Source: Candidatus Shapirobacteria bacterium GW2011_GWF2_37_20
GTDB lineage: Bacteria; Patescibacteriota; Microgenomatia; UBA12405
DNA: 64,000 nt
Assembly: GCA_000989305.1 (NCBI GenBank)
Contig: LBTB01000006.1
Location: 66,448 to 130,447 of the forward strand
Direction: 5' to 3'
The notes beneath the pieces were generated by a model. The model worked only from the letters and a program-made list of their open reading frames with translations. It was not told the DNA's origin and made no database searches. Positions 56,578 to 64,000 of this stretch are shown in pieces; position 1 is the first letter of the stretch, and every line of letters begins with the position of its first letter. Made by a program: the position numbers and the translations under genes.

Positions 56578-57963
56578 TTATTTTTTAGCAAAGAGCTCGG
56601 AAAAATCGATTAATTTTACTTTAAAAAAGTAACTGTACGCCCGATGAAGATTCCAAAGTAAATAATATAATTTATTTAAGGGTAATTTGATAAGTATTTT
56701 TATTCCCGGGATAAGGAGTGGATAATTTACGGCTATGGGAAAAAGATGATGCAAACGTTCGATTTCTTTTATGTCTTTGAGCTTCATAATTGACTTCGTA
56801 AAGTAATCTTCACCAATCAATCTAAAATTTCCCTGATAATATCCGTTCTCAATTGAATATTTACACAACTCGGTTCTGGGATATGGCTGAAAAATTGAGG
56901 CCCAAGCGTAACTTGGTCGACATTGAATATTTAATCTTATTGTTTCCCAAACGTTTTCTAGTGTCTCACCTGGAAGACCAACCATGTTTTGGGTAAATAA
57001 ATTTATTTTATATTTGTGGCAAAGTTTGGCGGCATTTAATGTTTGAGCTTCTGAGATATTTCTCTTTAGAATCGTATTTCTAATAAAATCGTTACCACTT
57101 TCGATAGCAAAGAGCAGAGTGATACAGCCGGCGTTTTTCAGGGCTTTTATTATGTCTTCATCTATCAGATTGATCCTGGCGTAACAAATAAAGGGTAGTT
57201 TAATTTCTTTTTGATATTTTTTACAAAATTCAACCACCCATTTTTTGTCCAGAATAAAAGTGTCGTCAATAAATTGGAATCGTCTGGGATTATTACGTTT
57301 TTTAACAATTTTTAATTCTTTTAAAACGTGATTAACACTCCTTTGTCTTAAGACTTCTCCTTTACCGGCATATAACTTGTTATATGAATGATTAAAACAA
57401 TATGTGCAATTAAAGGGACAGCCGCGACCAGTAAGAACATACCTCACGTGGGCGTTTTTGTAACTTGGATATTTGGCGGTTAATTCCCGATCTACAAAAG
57501 GCAAAACATCTAAATTAGAGATCTTATTTCTTAAGGAGTTTCGGTAAATTTTCCCTTTAATTTTTATATCGATGTTTTGAATAAAACGAAGGTTTTCTTT
57601 TTTTTCCAGTTTATTTAGAAATTCGGCAATGGCAAGTTCGCCTTCCCCTCGACAGATGGCATCAACACCTTTTTCTTTAATGAATTCGGGGAAAAATGTA
57701 CAATGAGGACCACCAAATAAAGCAAAAAAATCTAGATGTTTTTTGAGGAGATTGTTCAAATTTACATAAAATTTGTGTTTCCCGGTGGTAACAGAATAGG
57801 CAACAAGGTCTGGTTTGATCTTTTTTATTTCATCAAGATAATTTTTACAAAAATATAGATCTATAAAGTGAACATCATGCCCTTCTTTTTTTAAATAACT
57901 TGAAAGACTCAGAATTCCCAAGGGTTCAACAAATTCATATTTATAAATAAACAATATTTTCAT
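56578..57963 (-). CDS. B12-binding domain radical SAM protein
   Basis: PLG.LSLSSYLK..GH, GGPH.T, GEGE, RGCPFNCTYC, F.DD.F, ESG. Confidence 0.92.
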   Translation of the reverse strand: MKILFIYKYEFVEPLGILSLSSYLKKEGHDVHFIDLYFCKNYLDEIKKIKPDLVAYSVTTGKHKFYVNLNNLLKKHLDFFALFGGPHCTFFPEFIKEKGVDAICRGEGELAIAEFLNKLEKKENLRFIQNIDIKIKGKIYRNSLRNKISNLDVLPFVDRELTAKYPSYKNAHVRYVLTGRGCPFNCTYCFNHSYNKLYAGKGEVLRQRSVNHVLKELKIVKKRNNPRRFQFIDDTFILDKKWVVEFCKKYQKEIKLPFICYARINLIDEDIIKALKNAGCITLLFAIESGNDFIRNTILKRNISEAQTLNAAKLCHKYKINLFTQNMVGLPGETLENVWETIRLNIQCRPSYAWASIFQPYPRTELCKYSIENGYYQGNFRLIGEDYFTKSIMKLKDIKEIERLHHLFPIAVNYPLLIPGIKILIKLPLNKLYYLLWNLHRAYSYFFKVKLIDFSELFAKK

Positions 57964-58019
57964 AGACCTTAATAGGATATTCTAACAAGTTGTCGGACTT
58001 AAAAGACTTTATCTACCAA

Positions 58020-58388
58020 TTATTTCTTTTTGAAAACGCGAGGCTTGGTTTTAGGGGGAGTTACTTTTGTGGTAAATTCTTTTTTGATTAATTCGGGGGG
58101 TAAGGTAACGGTAATTTTTGAAGTCTTTTGTGTAGGCGGCTTTGCTTTTACGGAATTGTTGATATCAACTTTATCAATTATTTTAGAAACATTTTGAAAA
58201 GTCTCTGATTTTTTAAAGGAAGACATAAATTTCTCAATTTGTTTCTTTAATTTCAAAAAAACATCTTCTCGATTATTTCGATAGATGACGACAGCAATGA
58301 CAGCGGCAATAACTAAACCAATGATAAGACCAAAAATGAAGCTACTATTTTGATGACAACCACAATCTTTGGTGTGAGAACAAGTCAT
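58020..58388 (-). CDS. YtxH-like small membrane protein
   Basis: F..G..IG hydrophobic N-terminal helix followed by a charged tail; follows a DUF948-like gene. Confidence 0.6.
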   Translation of the reverse strand: MTCSHTKDCGCHQNSSFIFGLIIGLVIAAVIAVVIYRNNREDVFLKLKKQIEKFMSSFKKSETFQNVSKIIDKVDINNSVKAKPPTQKTSKITVTLPPELIKKEFTTKVTPPKTKPRVFKKK

Positions 58389-58390
58389 AA

Positions 58391-58639
58391 TTAGGAGTTA
58401 TCTTTCTCTTTTTTATCTTTTTTAAAAAAAGAGTTAAAAACAGTAAAACCATTTTTAAAACCCATTAAAAACTCAGAAACTGAGGAAACGGGTCCAGAAA
58501 CTGAAGTAATTATTTGATTAGTTTGACCGACAGTAATTCGAAGATCTTTAATTAATTTAATTAAATAGATTCCAACAACGACAATAACGGTTGTAATGGC
58601 CAAGAGACTAATGATGACAACTATCTGAGTAATATCCAT
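58391..58639 (-). CDS. DUF948/YoxC-like small membrane protein
   Basis: N-terminal TM followed by an amphipathic helix; typical pairing with YtxH. Confidence 0.6.
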   Translation of the reverse strand: MDITQIVVIISLLAITTVIVVVGIYLIKLIKDLRITVGQTNQIITSVSGPVSSVSEFLMGFKNGFTVFNSFFKKDKKEKDNS

Positions 58640-58653
58640 AAAGAGAGTATAAA

Positions 58654-59250
58654 CTATTTTAAGATTTTTTCATCAGTCGTCACCACTCCAGCAGGAGATT
58701 TGGCCTCAACAACAATTTTCGCCTCTGAGGTGGAAATTTCCAGGTTTTTTTTGAAATTACCATCTGCGTCAACGATAACCAAGAAGTTGTTTATTTTGAC
58801 AGTGGATTCTGGATCGGTTATACCGGAAATTTCAACTGAATTTTGAGAAAAATCCTGTGGCCAGTTGATTTCCAAATGGGGAGGGCGATTAAATTTGAGG
58901 TATTCAGAAATTAGATAGGTAGCAAAAACAATGGCTAACAGAGAAATAAAAGCGGTGAAAGCGAATTGAGGGGTAAGAGAAAACCAAAAACGGCGACGGG
59001 AAGAATTTTGGAGAGGGCGATCGTAATCACGACGAAAGAGACACAAAAGTTCTTCTCCGTTTAATCCTAAAAAATCAGCATAATCTTTGACCATTAATGA
59101 ACAATAAGGCTCTCCGGGAAAATCTTGGGTATTTTCGTTTTCAAAGGCAATTAAATAACGAAGAGGAATTTTAGTTTTTTTGCTAATTTCGCTAAAATCT
59201 AATTCCCGGTCGAGGCGGGCAGATTCGAGGATGGCAGAGGCGCGTTTCAT
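58654..59250 (-). CDS. RodZ-like HTH membrane protein with C-terminal Ig-like domain
   Basis: HTH (ISKKTKIP..YL.A.E...FP...Y....K.YA.FLGL), TM, G.TDP...V.IN; directly downstream of ftsK. Confidence 0.8.
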   Translation of the reverse strand: MKRASAILESARLDRELDFSEISKKTKIPLRYLIAFENENTQDFPGEPYCSLMVKDYADFLGLNGEELLCLFRRDYDRPLQNSSRRRFWFSLTPQFAFTAFISLLAIVFATYLISEYLKFNRPPHLEINWPQDFSQNSVEISGITDPESTVKINNFLVIVDADGNFKKNLEISTSEAKIVVEAKSPAGVVTTDEKILK

Positions 59251-59256
59251 AAAATT

Positions 59257-61389
59257 TTACTCCGAGATGTTATCGGAGGGGCTTCGATGGGCAATTAATA
59301 TTTCCCTCGGTTTGGCTCCGTTGACCGGACCAACAATACCTGCCTTTTCCAATTCATCGAGAACCCGAGCGGCTCTGGCATAGCCTAGTTTAAGTTTTCT
59401 TTGCATCAGAGAAGCTGAGGCTTTACCAGTTTCCTGGATTAATTTAACAGCGTCTTCAAACATGGCATCGCGCTCTTCACCATCAGAGACCATGATATTT
59501 TTACTTGAAGAGTTAGGACTATTTACGGGTTGTTTGGTGATTTCGTCATTGTATTCACCACTTCTTTGAGTTTTTAAGAAATCGATTAAACGATTAACTT
59601 CTTTGTCGGAAATAAAGCAACCCTGAATACGAACTGGTTTGGCCAGATCGGGGGGGATATACAACATATCACCCCGACCAAGTAGTTTTTCTGCTCCGGG
59701 AGTATCCAAAACCACCCTAGAATCGGTCATAGAAGCAACAGCAAAGGCGATACGGGTCGGAATGTTGGCCTTAATTAACCCGGTGATAATGTTGACGGAA
59801 GGTCTTTGAGTAGCCAGAACAAGATGGATACCGGTAGCACGGGCCATCTGAGCGATGCGACAAATGTTGTCTTCAACTTCGGCCGGGGAGAACAACATAA
59901 TTTCGGCTAATTCATCAATAACAATAAGAATGTAGGGAATAGACTGAAAACCAGACAAATCGTTATAACCATCAATGTTTTTGGCACCAACTTCAGTAAA
60001 AAGTTTATAACGACGCTCCATTTCGTTAACGGCCCATTTTAAGGCAGAGACAACTTTTTCCGGTTCAACAATAACCGGAGTCAAAAGATGAGGGATACCG
60101 TTATATTGTGATAATTCTACGCGTTTTGGATCAACCATAATTAGTCGGACTTCATCAGGAGAAGCCCGGAAGAGTAAGGTAGAAATCCAAGAATTAATAC
60201 AAATAGATTTTCCAGAACCAGTTTGACCGGCAATTAAAACATGGGGCATTTTGGAAATATCAGCAATTTTTGGCAAACCAGCAACGTCAAGACCAAGCGG
60301 AATTGTAATCTTGCTTTTGGCATTTTTCATAATGTCAGATTCCAGAATAGTTCGGATTGGAACAACTTCCAGGGAACGATTGGGCATCTCAATACCAACT
60401 AAAGAACGACCGGGAATGGGGGCTTCGACACGAATTTGACCGCCAGGAGCGGCCAGAGCCATAGCTAAATCGTTGCTTAAAGATAAAATCTTAGCTAGTT
60501 TGGTGCCTAAGGCCACCTCAAGAGCATACTGAGTAACCGAAGGGCTATTGTTGACCTCAGCCACCCGGGCAGTGATACCGAATGAATCAAGGGTTTGTTC
60601 AATTATTTGAGCGTTTTTACGAACGTCACCCCGATCAGCTTTAGCACCGGGAGTATCGTCAAAAAGAGACATGGAAGGATAAACCCAGGGCTGACTTCCT
60701 GAAGAAGTGAGAGGAGGAGAATCCTTAAAAACTGGGGCAATATTCACTACTCCTAAATCTGCCTTAGAGTTGGATTTGGCATAATCTTTTTCTTTAACGG
60801 CGAAGGGATCGGAATTAGGTGAAGACATTTCTGATTGGTAGAGCGGATTTTTAGATAAATCCTTAGACTTTTTATTTTTGAGTTTGGTGGCCTGGCCAAT
60901 AGAATAGCGACGAATGGTATTAAAAACGTTGGCAAAAAATTTAAAAATCTGAGCGATATTGGTATCAAAAAGAACCACAAAACCAACAATGAGAGCAAAA
61001 AAGAAAATAATAAAGGTTGGAGCTTCGGAAAATAGGGCCAAAAATTGTTCCCAAAAAAAGGAACCGACTAACCCCTGCTTAAAAAGGCCAAGGAGGGCAA
61101 AAAACATAATACAGAAACCAAAGAAAACATTGGCTTCACGGAGAGGTGACTTCACTTTGGTAAAAAGAAAAGAAATTAAAAGGAACAAGAAGGGGACCAT
61201 AACTGCACCCCAACCAAAAAATTTATTTAGAGCCAAGTTAACATCGGTGGCAATAGTCCCCTGTTGTAAAAAAGAAAAAACCGAAAGAATAGCCAAAATT
61301 AAGAAAAAAATAAAAAAGATTGATTTGACGGTATCTGGCTTTAGTTTAAGTGTGGGGAGAATTCGATTTTTCTTGCGTCCGCGGGGCAT
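59257..61389 (-). CDS. ftsK: DNA translocase FtsK/SpoIIIE
   Basis: N-terminal TMs, RVEAPIPG, HVLIAGQTGSGKS, DPKRVEL, IDELA, ATQRPS, gamma domain QRKL.LGYARAAR. Confidence 0.97.
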   Translation of the reverse strand: MPRGRKKNRILPTLKLKPDTVKSIFFIFFLILAILSVFSFLQQGTIATDVNLALNKFFGWGAVMVPFLFLLISFLFTKVKSPLREANVFFGFCIMFFALLGLFKQGLVGSFFWEQFLALFSEAPTFIIFFFALIVGFVVLFDTNIAQIFKFFANVFNTIRRYSIGQATKLKNKKSKDLSKNPLYQSEMSSPNSDPFAVKEKDYAKSNSKADLGVVNIAPVFKDSPPLTSSGSQPWVYPSMSLFDDTPGAKADRGDVRKNAQIIEQTLDSFGITARVAEVNNSPSVTQYALEVALGTKLAKILSLSNDLAMALAAPGGQIRVEAPIPGRSLVGIEMPNRSLEVVPIRTILESDIMKNAKSKITIPLGLDVAGLPKIADISKMPHVLIAGQTGSGKSICINSWISTLLFRASPDEVRLIMVDPKRVELSQYNGIPHLLTPVIVEPEKVVSALKWAVNEMERRYKLFTEVGAKNIDGYNDLSGFQSIPYILIVIDELAEIMLFSPAEVEDNICRIAQMARATGIHLVLATQRPSVNIITGLIKANIPTRIAFAVASMTDSRVVLDTPGAEKLLGRGDMLYIPPDLAKPVRIQGCFISDKEVNRLIDFLKTQRSGEYNDEITKQPVNSPNSSSKNIMVSDGEERDAMFEDAVKLIQETGKASASLMQRKLKLGYARAARVLDELEKAGIVGPVNGAKPREILIAHRSPSDNISE

Positions 61390-61412
61390 AAGTACAGTAT
61401 AGAGTAAAAATA

Positions 61413-62642
61413 CTAATTATAAAAACTAGTAATTTTGGAAACAAGATCTTTGGCTTCAATAATTTCAGATTCTTTTTCCGATCTTAACTTGAATTCTATA
61501 CCACCTTTTTCCTGGCTTCTTTTACTGGCAACAAGTCTGACGGGAATACCGATCAAGTCAGCATCAGCAAATTTGGCGCCGGCACCGATATCCCGATCAT
61601 CAAAAAGAACATCAATATTTTTTGATAATAATTCCTGATATAAATCTTCACCTAAACCATCAAGACCAACTAAGTGGACTTGGTAAGGGGCAATATTTTT
61701 TGGCCAGATAATACCGGCATCATCATGACAAAGTTCAACTACCGTACCCATGACCCGGGAAGGACCCATACCATAACAACCCATTTCGACAATTTTTTCC
61801 TTGCCTTGAGAATCGGAATAGAAAAATTTAAATGCATCAGAAAACTTGGTTCTCAATTTAAAAATATTACCAACCTCGGTAGCCTTGACTGCCTCTAGTT
61901 TGTCGTTGCCACATTCAGGACAAGTTTTTTGGGTATTAATAATTTCTTTATTGACGGCCACGCGACACTTAGAGCACAAATAAATCGTGTCTTCGCCTCC
62001 TTCATTTAAGGTTTGGAATTCGTGAGAAAATTGGCTGAAGTTTCCACCGGAAGAAAAAGTCAAAACAGTCTTGCCACCAATACCAATACGTTCATAAATT
62101 TTAAAATAAGCTTGTTTGACGATATCGTAATAACGATTTAAATCGGCTTCATCAACATGAAAAGAATAGAGGTCTTTCATGCTAAATTCGCGACCCCGAA
62201 GAAGGCCGGATTTGGCCCGAGCTTCGTTGCGATATTTATTTTGAATCTGATAAAGGGCGACAGGTAAATCCCGATAAGAAAAAACGTATTTTTGGACCAG
62301 AGGAGTAATCACTTCCTCGTGAGTTGGATTTAAAACTAAATTAGTATCTCCCTGGCCTTTGAGGTGAAAAAGAACATCCATGGTGTTGCGACCGGTGGTA
62401 ATCCAGTTCTCTTCTTGGGTCATGGCCGGCATCAAAACTTCCTGACCACCGATTTTATTCATTTCTTCACGAATGATATTTTGAATTTTAGTTAAGACTC
62501 TCAGTCCTAGGGGTAAAAAATTGTAGACACCAGAAATTTGCTTTTGAATAAAAGCGGCTTGAGTTAATAATTTTGCGTTAACACTGTCAGCATCAGAGGC
62601 AACATTCTTACTTGTCTTGCCAAATAGTTTTGAATACTTCAT
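61413..62642 (-). CDS. proS: Prolyl-tRNA synthetase lacking the INS editing domain
   Basis: G.Y.FLPLG, PTHEE, YR.EAR...GLLRGREF.MKD.YSF, EVGNIFKL, MGCYG.G.SR, DDR..G.KF.DADLIG; only 409 aa. Confidence 0.95.
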   Translation of the reverse strand: MKYSKLFGKTSKNVASDADSVNAKLLTQAAFIQKQISGVYNFLPLGLRVLTKIQNIIREEMNKIGGQEVLMPAMTQEENWITTGRNTMDVLFHLKGQGDTNLVLNPTHEEVITPLVQKYVFSYRDLPVALYQIQNKYRNEARAKSGLLRGREFSMKDLYSFHVDEADLNRYYDIVKQAYFKIYERIGIGGKTVLTFSSGGNFSQFSHEFQTLNEGGEDTIYLCSKCRVAVNKEIINTQKTCPECGNDKLEAVKATEVGNIFKLRTKFSDAFKFFYSDSQGKEKIVEMGCYGMGPSRVMGTVVELCHDDAGIIWPKNIAPYQVHLVGLDGLGEDLYQELLSKNIDVLFDDRDIGAGAKFADADLIGIPVRLVASKRSQEKGGIEFKLRSEKESEIIEAKDLVSKITSFYN

Positions 62643-62645
62643 GAC

Positions 62646-63215
62646 TTATTTTAGCAGAGCTTCAACGGCAGAGCTGAGGGAAGCGTGAATATCGGGATTT
62701 AAACCATTTTCAAAAATGTCGTTGTAGTTTCCTTTTAGTTCGCTTTTAGTTTGAAAACTTTTTGTAGCGACAACTTTTCCGACATAGCGGCAATAAAGGT
62801 TGGCGATATTTTTGGCACAGACTTCACTTTCTTCAACTTTTTCAGCTCCAACAGTAATTATCACAGTTTTTTTATTTTTTAATAATTCATCTTTACCGCT
62901 GGCAAAAACTACACACGATCTGTCCATAAAATCTTTCAATAAGCCAGGAGGCATTTGAAAATAGTTTGGAGAAATTATGACTAATCCATCAGATTCAACC
63001 ATTTTGTCGATAATGGGAGAAACGTCGTCTTTTTGGCAGCAAATTCCAGCCGGATTACAAAATTCGATGCAACCATGGCAGCGGTTAATATTTTTTTCAC
63101 GCAACAAAATTATTTCATTATCAGCACCTTTTTCTTTAAAAAGTTTTTGCATTTCTAAAAGAATTGTTTCTGAGTTACCACGTCTTGGGGAGCCACAAAT
63201 TGAAAGTATTTTCAT
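62646..63215 (-). CDS. Flavodoxin-like NADPH-dependent FMN reductase / iron-sulfur flavoprotein
   Basis: GSPRRGNS, C.GC...C.....C, D, SP.Y, LKDFMDR; start corrected to ATG 63215. Confidence 0.88.
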   Translation of the reverse strand: MKILSICGSPRRGNSETILLEMQKLFKEKGADNEIILLREKNINRCHGCIEFCNPAGICCQKDDVSPIIDKMVESDGLVIISPNYFQMPPGLLKDFMDRSCVVFASGKDELLKNKKTVIITVGAEKVEESEVCAKNIANLYCRYVGKVVATKSFQTKSELKGNYNDIFENGLNPDIHASLSSAVEALLK

Positions 63216-63243
63216 GAGATATTTTACCAAATAAAAACAAAGA

Positions 63244-63294
63244 TGCCCGTCCTGCCCGGGATAAATCGCGGACAAAGGCGGGCAATTAAGTTTA
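63244..63294. repeat. GC-rich imperfect hairpin between genes
   Basis: TGCCCGTC...GGCGGGCA outer stem with an imperfect inner stem; possible terminator for the upstream minus-strand gene. Confidence 0.5.
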
Positions 63295-63308
63295 ACAGAA
63301 AAAAATTT

Positions 63309-63887
63309 TTATTTGTCTGCTTTTATTACCCTTCTTCGAGTAATTAGCAAGGTGCAAAACGAAATATTGGCAATGAAAGCATAGAGAGGAAAAAGTATCG
63401 TCACAATATTGACTGATTGAAGCGATAACATTATTAACCCTTGACGGGCAATACTCAGAAGCCAAGTAAAAAGGGTTTCCTGCCAGGGTTTTTCCCATGA
63501 TTTTATAAAAGTGGGAATAAAAGAAAGAATGTCTATTATCACCACTAAGATAATTGACCAAACAGGTTGATGGACAATAAGCCATAAAATTATGGCAATA
63601 ATTGCTAAAACAAAAGAAATAATGTCAGTGACTTTTATGTTCTTGGTGCCATTTTGAAAGCTTTTGATAAACAGGACCAAACAAATCAAACCCATGGTAA
63701 AGTTGGCATAAGATCCAGCGCCGGCTCCCTTGCTCCATTGTAAACCAAAAGCTAAGAAAGAAACTAAAGTCCAAAGAAACCAACTGATAACATGTGGTTT
63801 AGTCTTACCTTTAAATGTATCCCGAAGATAGGGTACATAACCAACTAAAGCCATGATTACGGTAATAATTCCCAAAATTTGTTTCAC
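63309..63887 (-). CDS. Multi-TM hypothetical membrane protein (PQ-loop-like duplicated repeat)
   Basis: About 7 hydrophobic segments; repeated PY...G.TKP..SW / PT..KSW..P..E...W pattern. Confidence 0.7.
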   Translation of the reverse strand: MKQILGIITVIMALVGYVPYLRDTFKGKTKPHVISWFLWTLVSFLAFGLQWSKGAGAGSYANFTMGLICLVLFIKSFQNGTKNIKVTDIISFVLAIIAIILWLIVHQPVWSIILVVIIDILSFIPTFIKSWEKPWQETLFTWLLSIARQGLIMLSLQSVNIVTILFPLYAFIANISFCTLLITRRRVIKADK

Positions 63888-63910
63888 TTTAGTAGTATAT
63901 CAGTTGAGTT

Positions 63911-64000
63911 TTAGACCTCGACAATAAGAGGCAGAACCATAGGTTCACGACCAGTTTTTTCTTTGATGATAGTTTCGAGATAAGCTTGAATTTCGGTACG
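63911..64000 (-). CDS. rnj: 3' end of ribonuclease J (partial)
   Basis: Manual translation RTEIQAYLETIIKEKTGREPMVLPLIVEV* matches the characteristic RNase J C-terminus (KT.R.PM.LP.I.EV). Confidence 0.8.
   Translation of the reverse strand, partial: RTEIQAYLETIIKEKTGREPMVLPLIVEV

Overview
A 64-kb chromosomal window from an AT-rich, gene-dense bacterium using genetic code 11. It is most likely Patescibacteria/CPR (Microgenomates-like), inferred from the missing rpmD, N-terminally shortened uL2, short RpoB, INS-less ProRS and CPR-type surface proteins. The core is rpoB-rpoC-rpsL-rpsG, a ~6.9-kb interruption (LytR_C protein, rmlBCD, orphans), then fusA-tuf and the fused S10-spc-alpha-rplM/rpsI cluster. 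The left arm holds nucleases, Hsp20 with a CIRCE operator, a patatin, a GT-C glycosyltransferase, a compact rarA-deaminase-ATL-GIY-YIG-AlkD alkylation-repair operon, a DEAD-box helicase, an MGMT and 2-oxoacid:ferredoxin oxidoreductase. The right arm holds surface proteins, miaB, a baseplate-J-like/sortase/YqgF/MltG operon, a disrupted alaS, a B12 radical SAM enzyme, ftsK, proS and the end of rnj. Most notable are a structured ~0.5-kb intergenic element with a 28-codon ORF, pervasive apparently leaderless genes, an EF-Tu with a Planctomycete-like switch I, and a heavily substituted rifampicin pocket. No tRNA, rRNA, CRISPR array or transposase was seen. All family assignments come from motif recognition by eye, not database searches.
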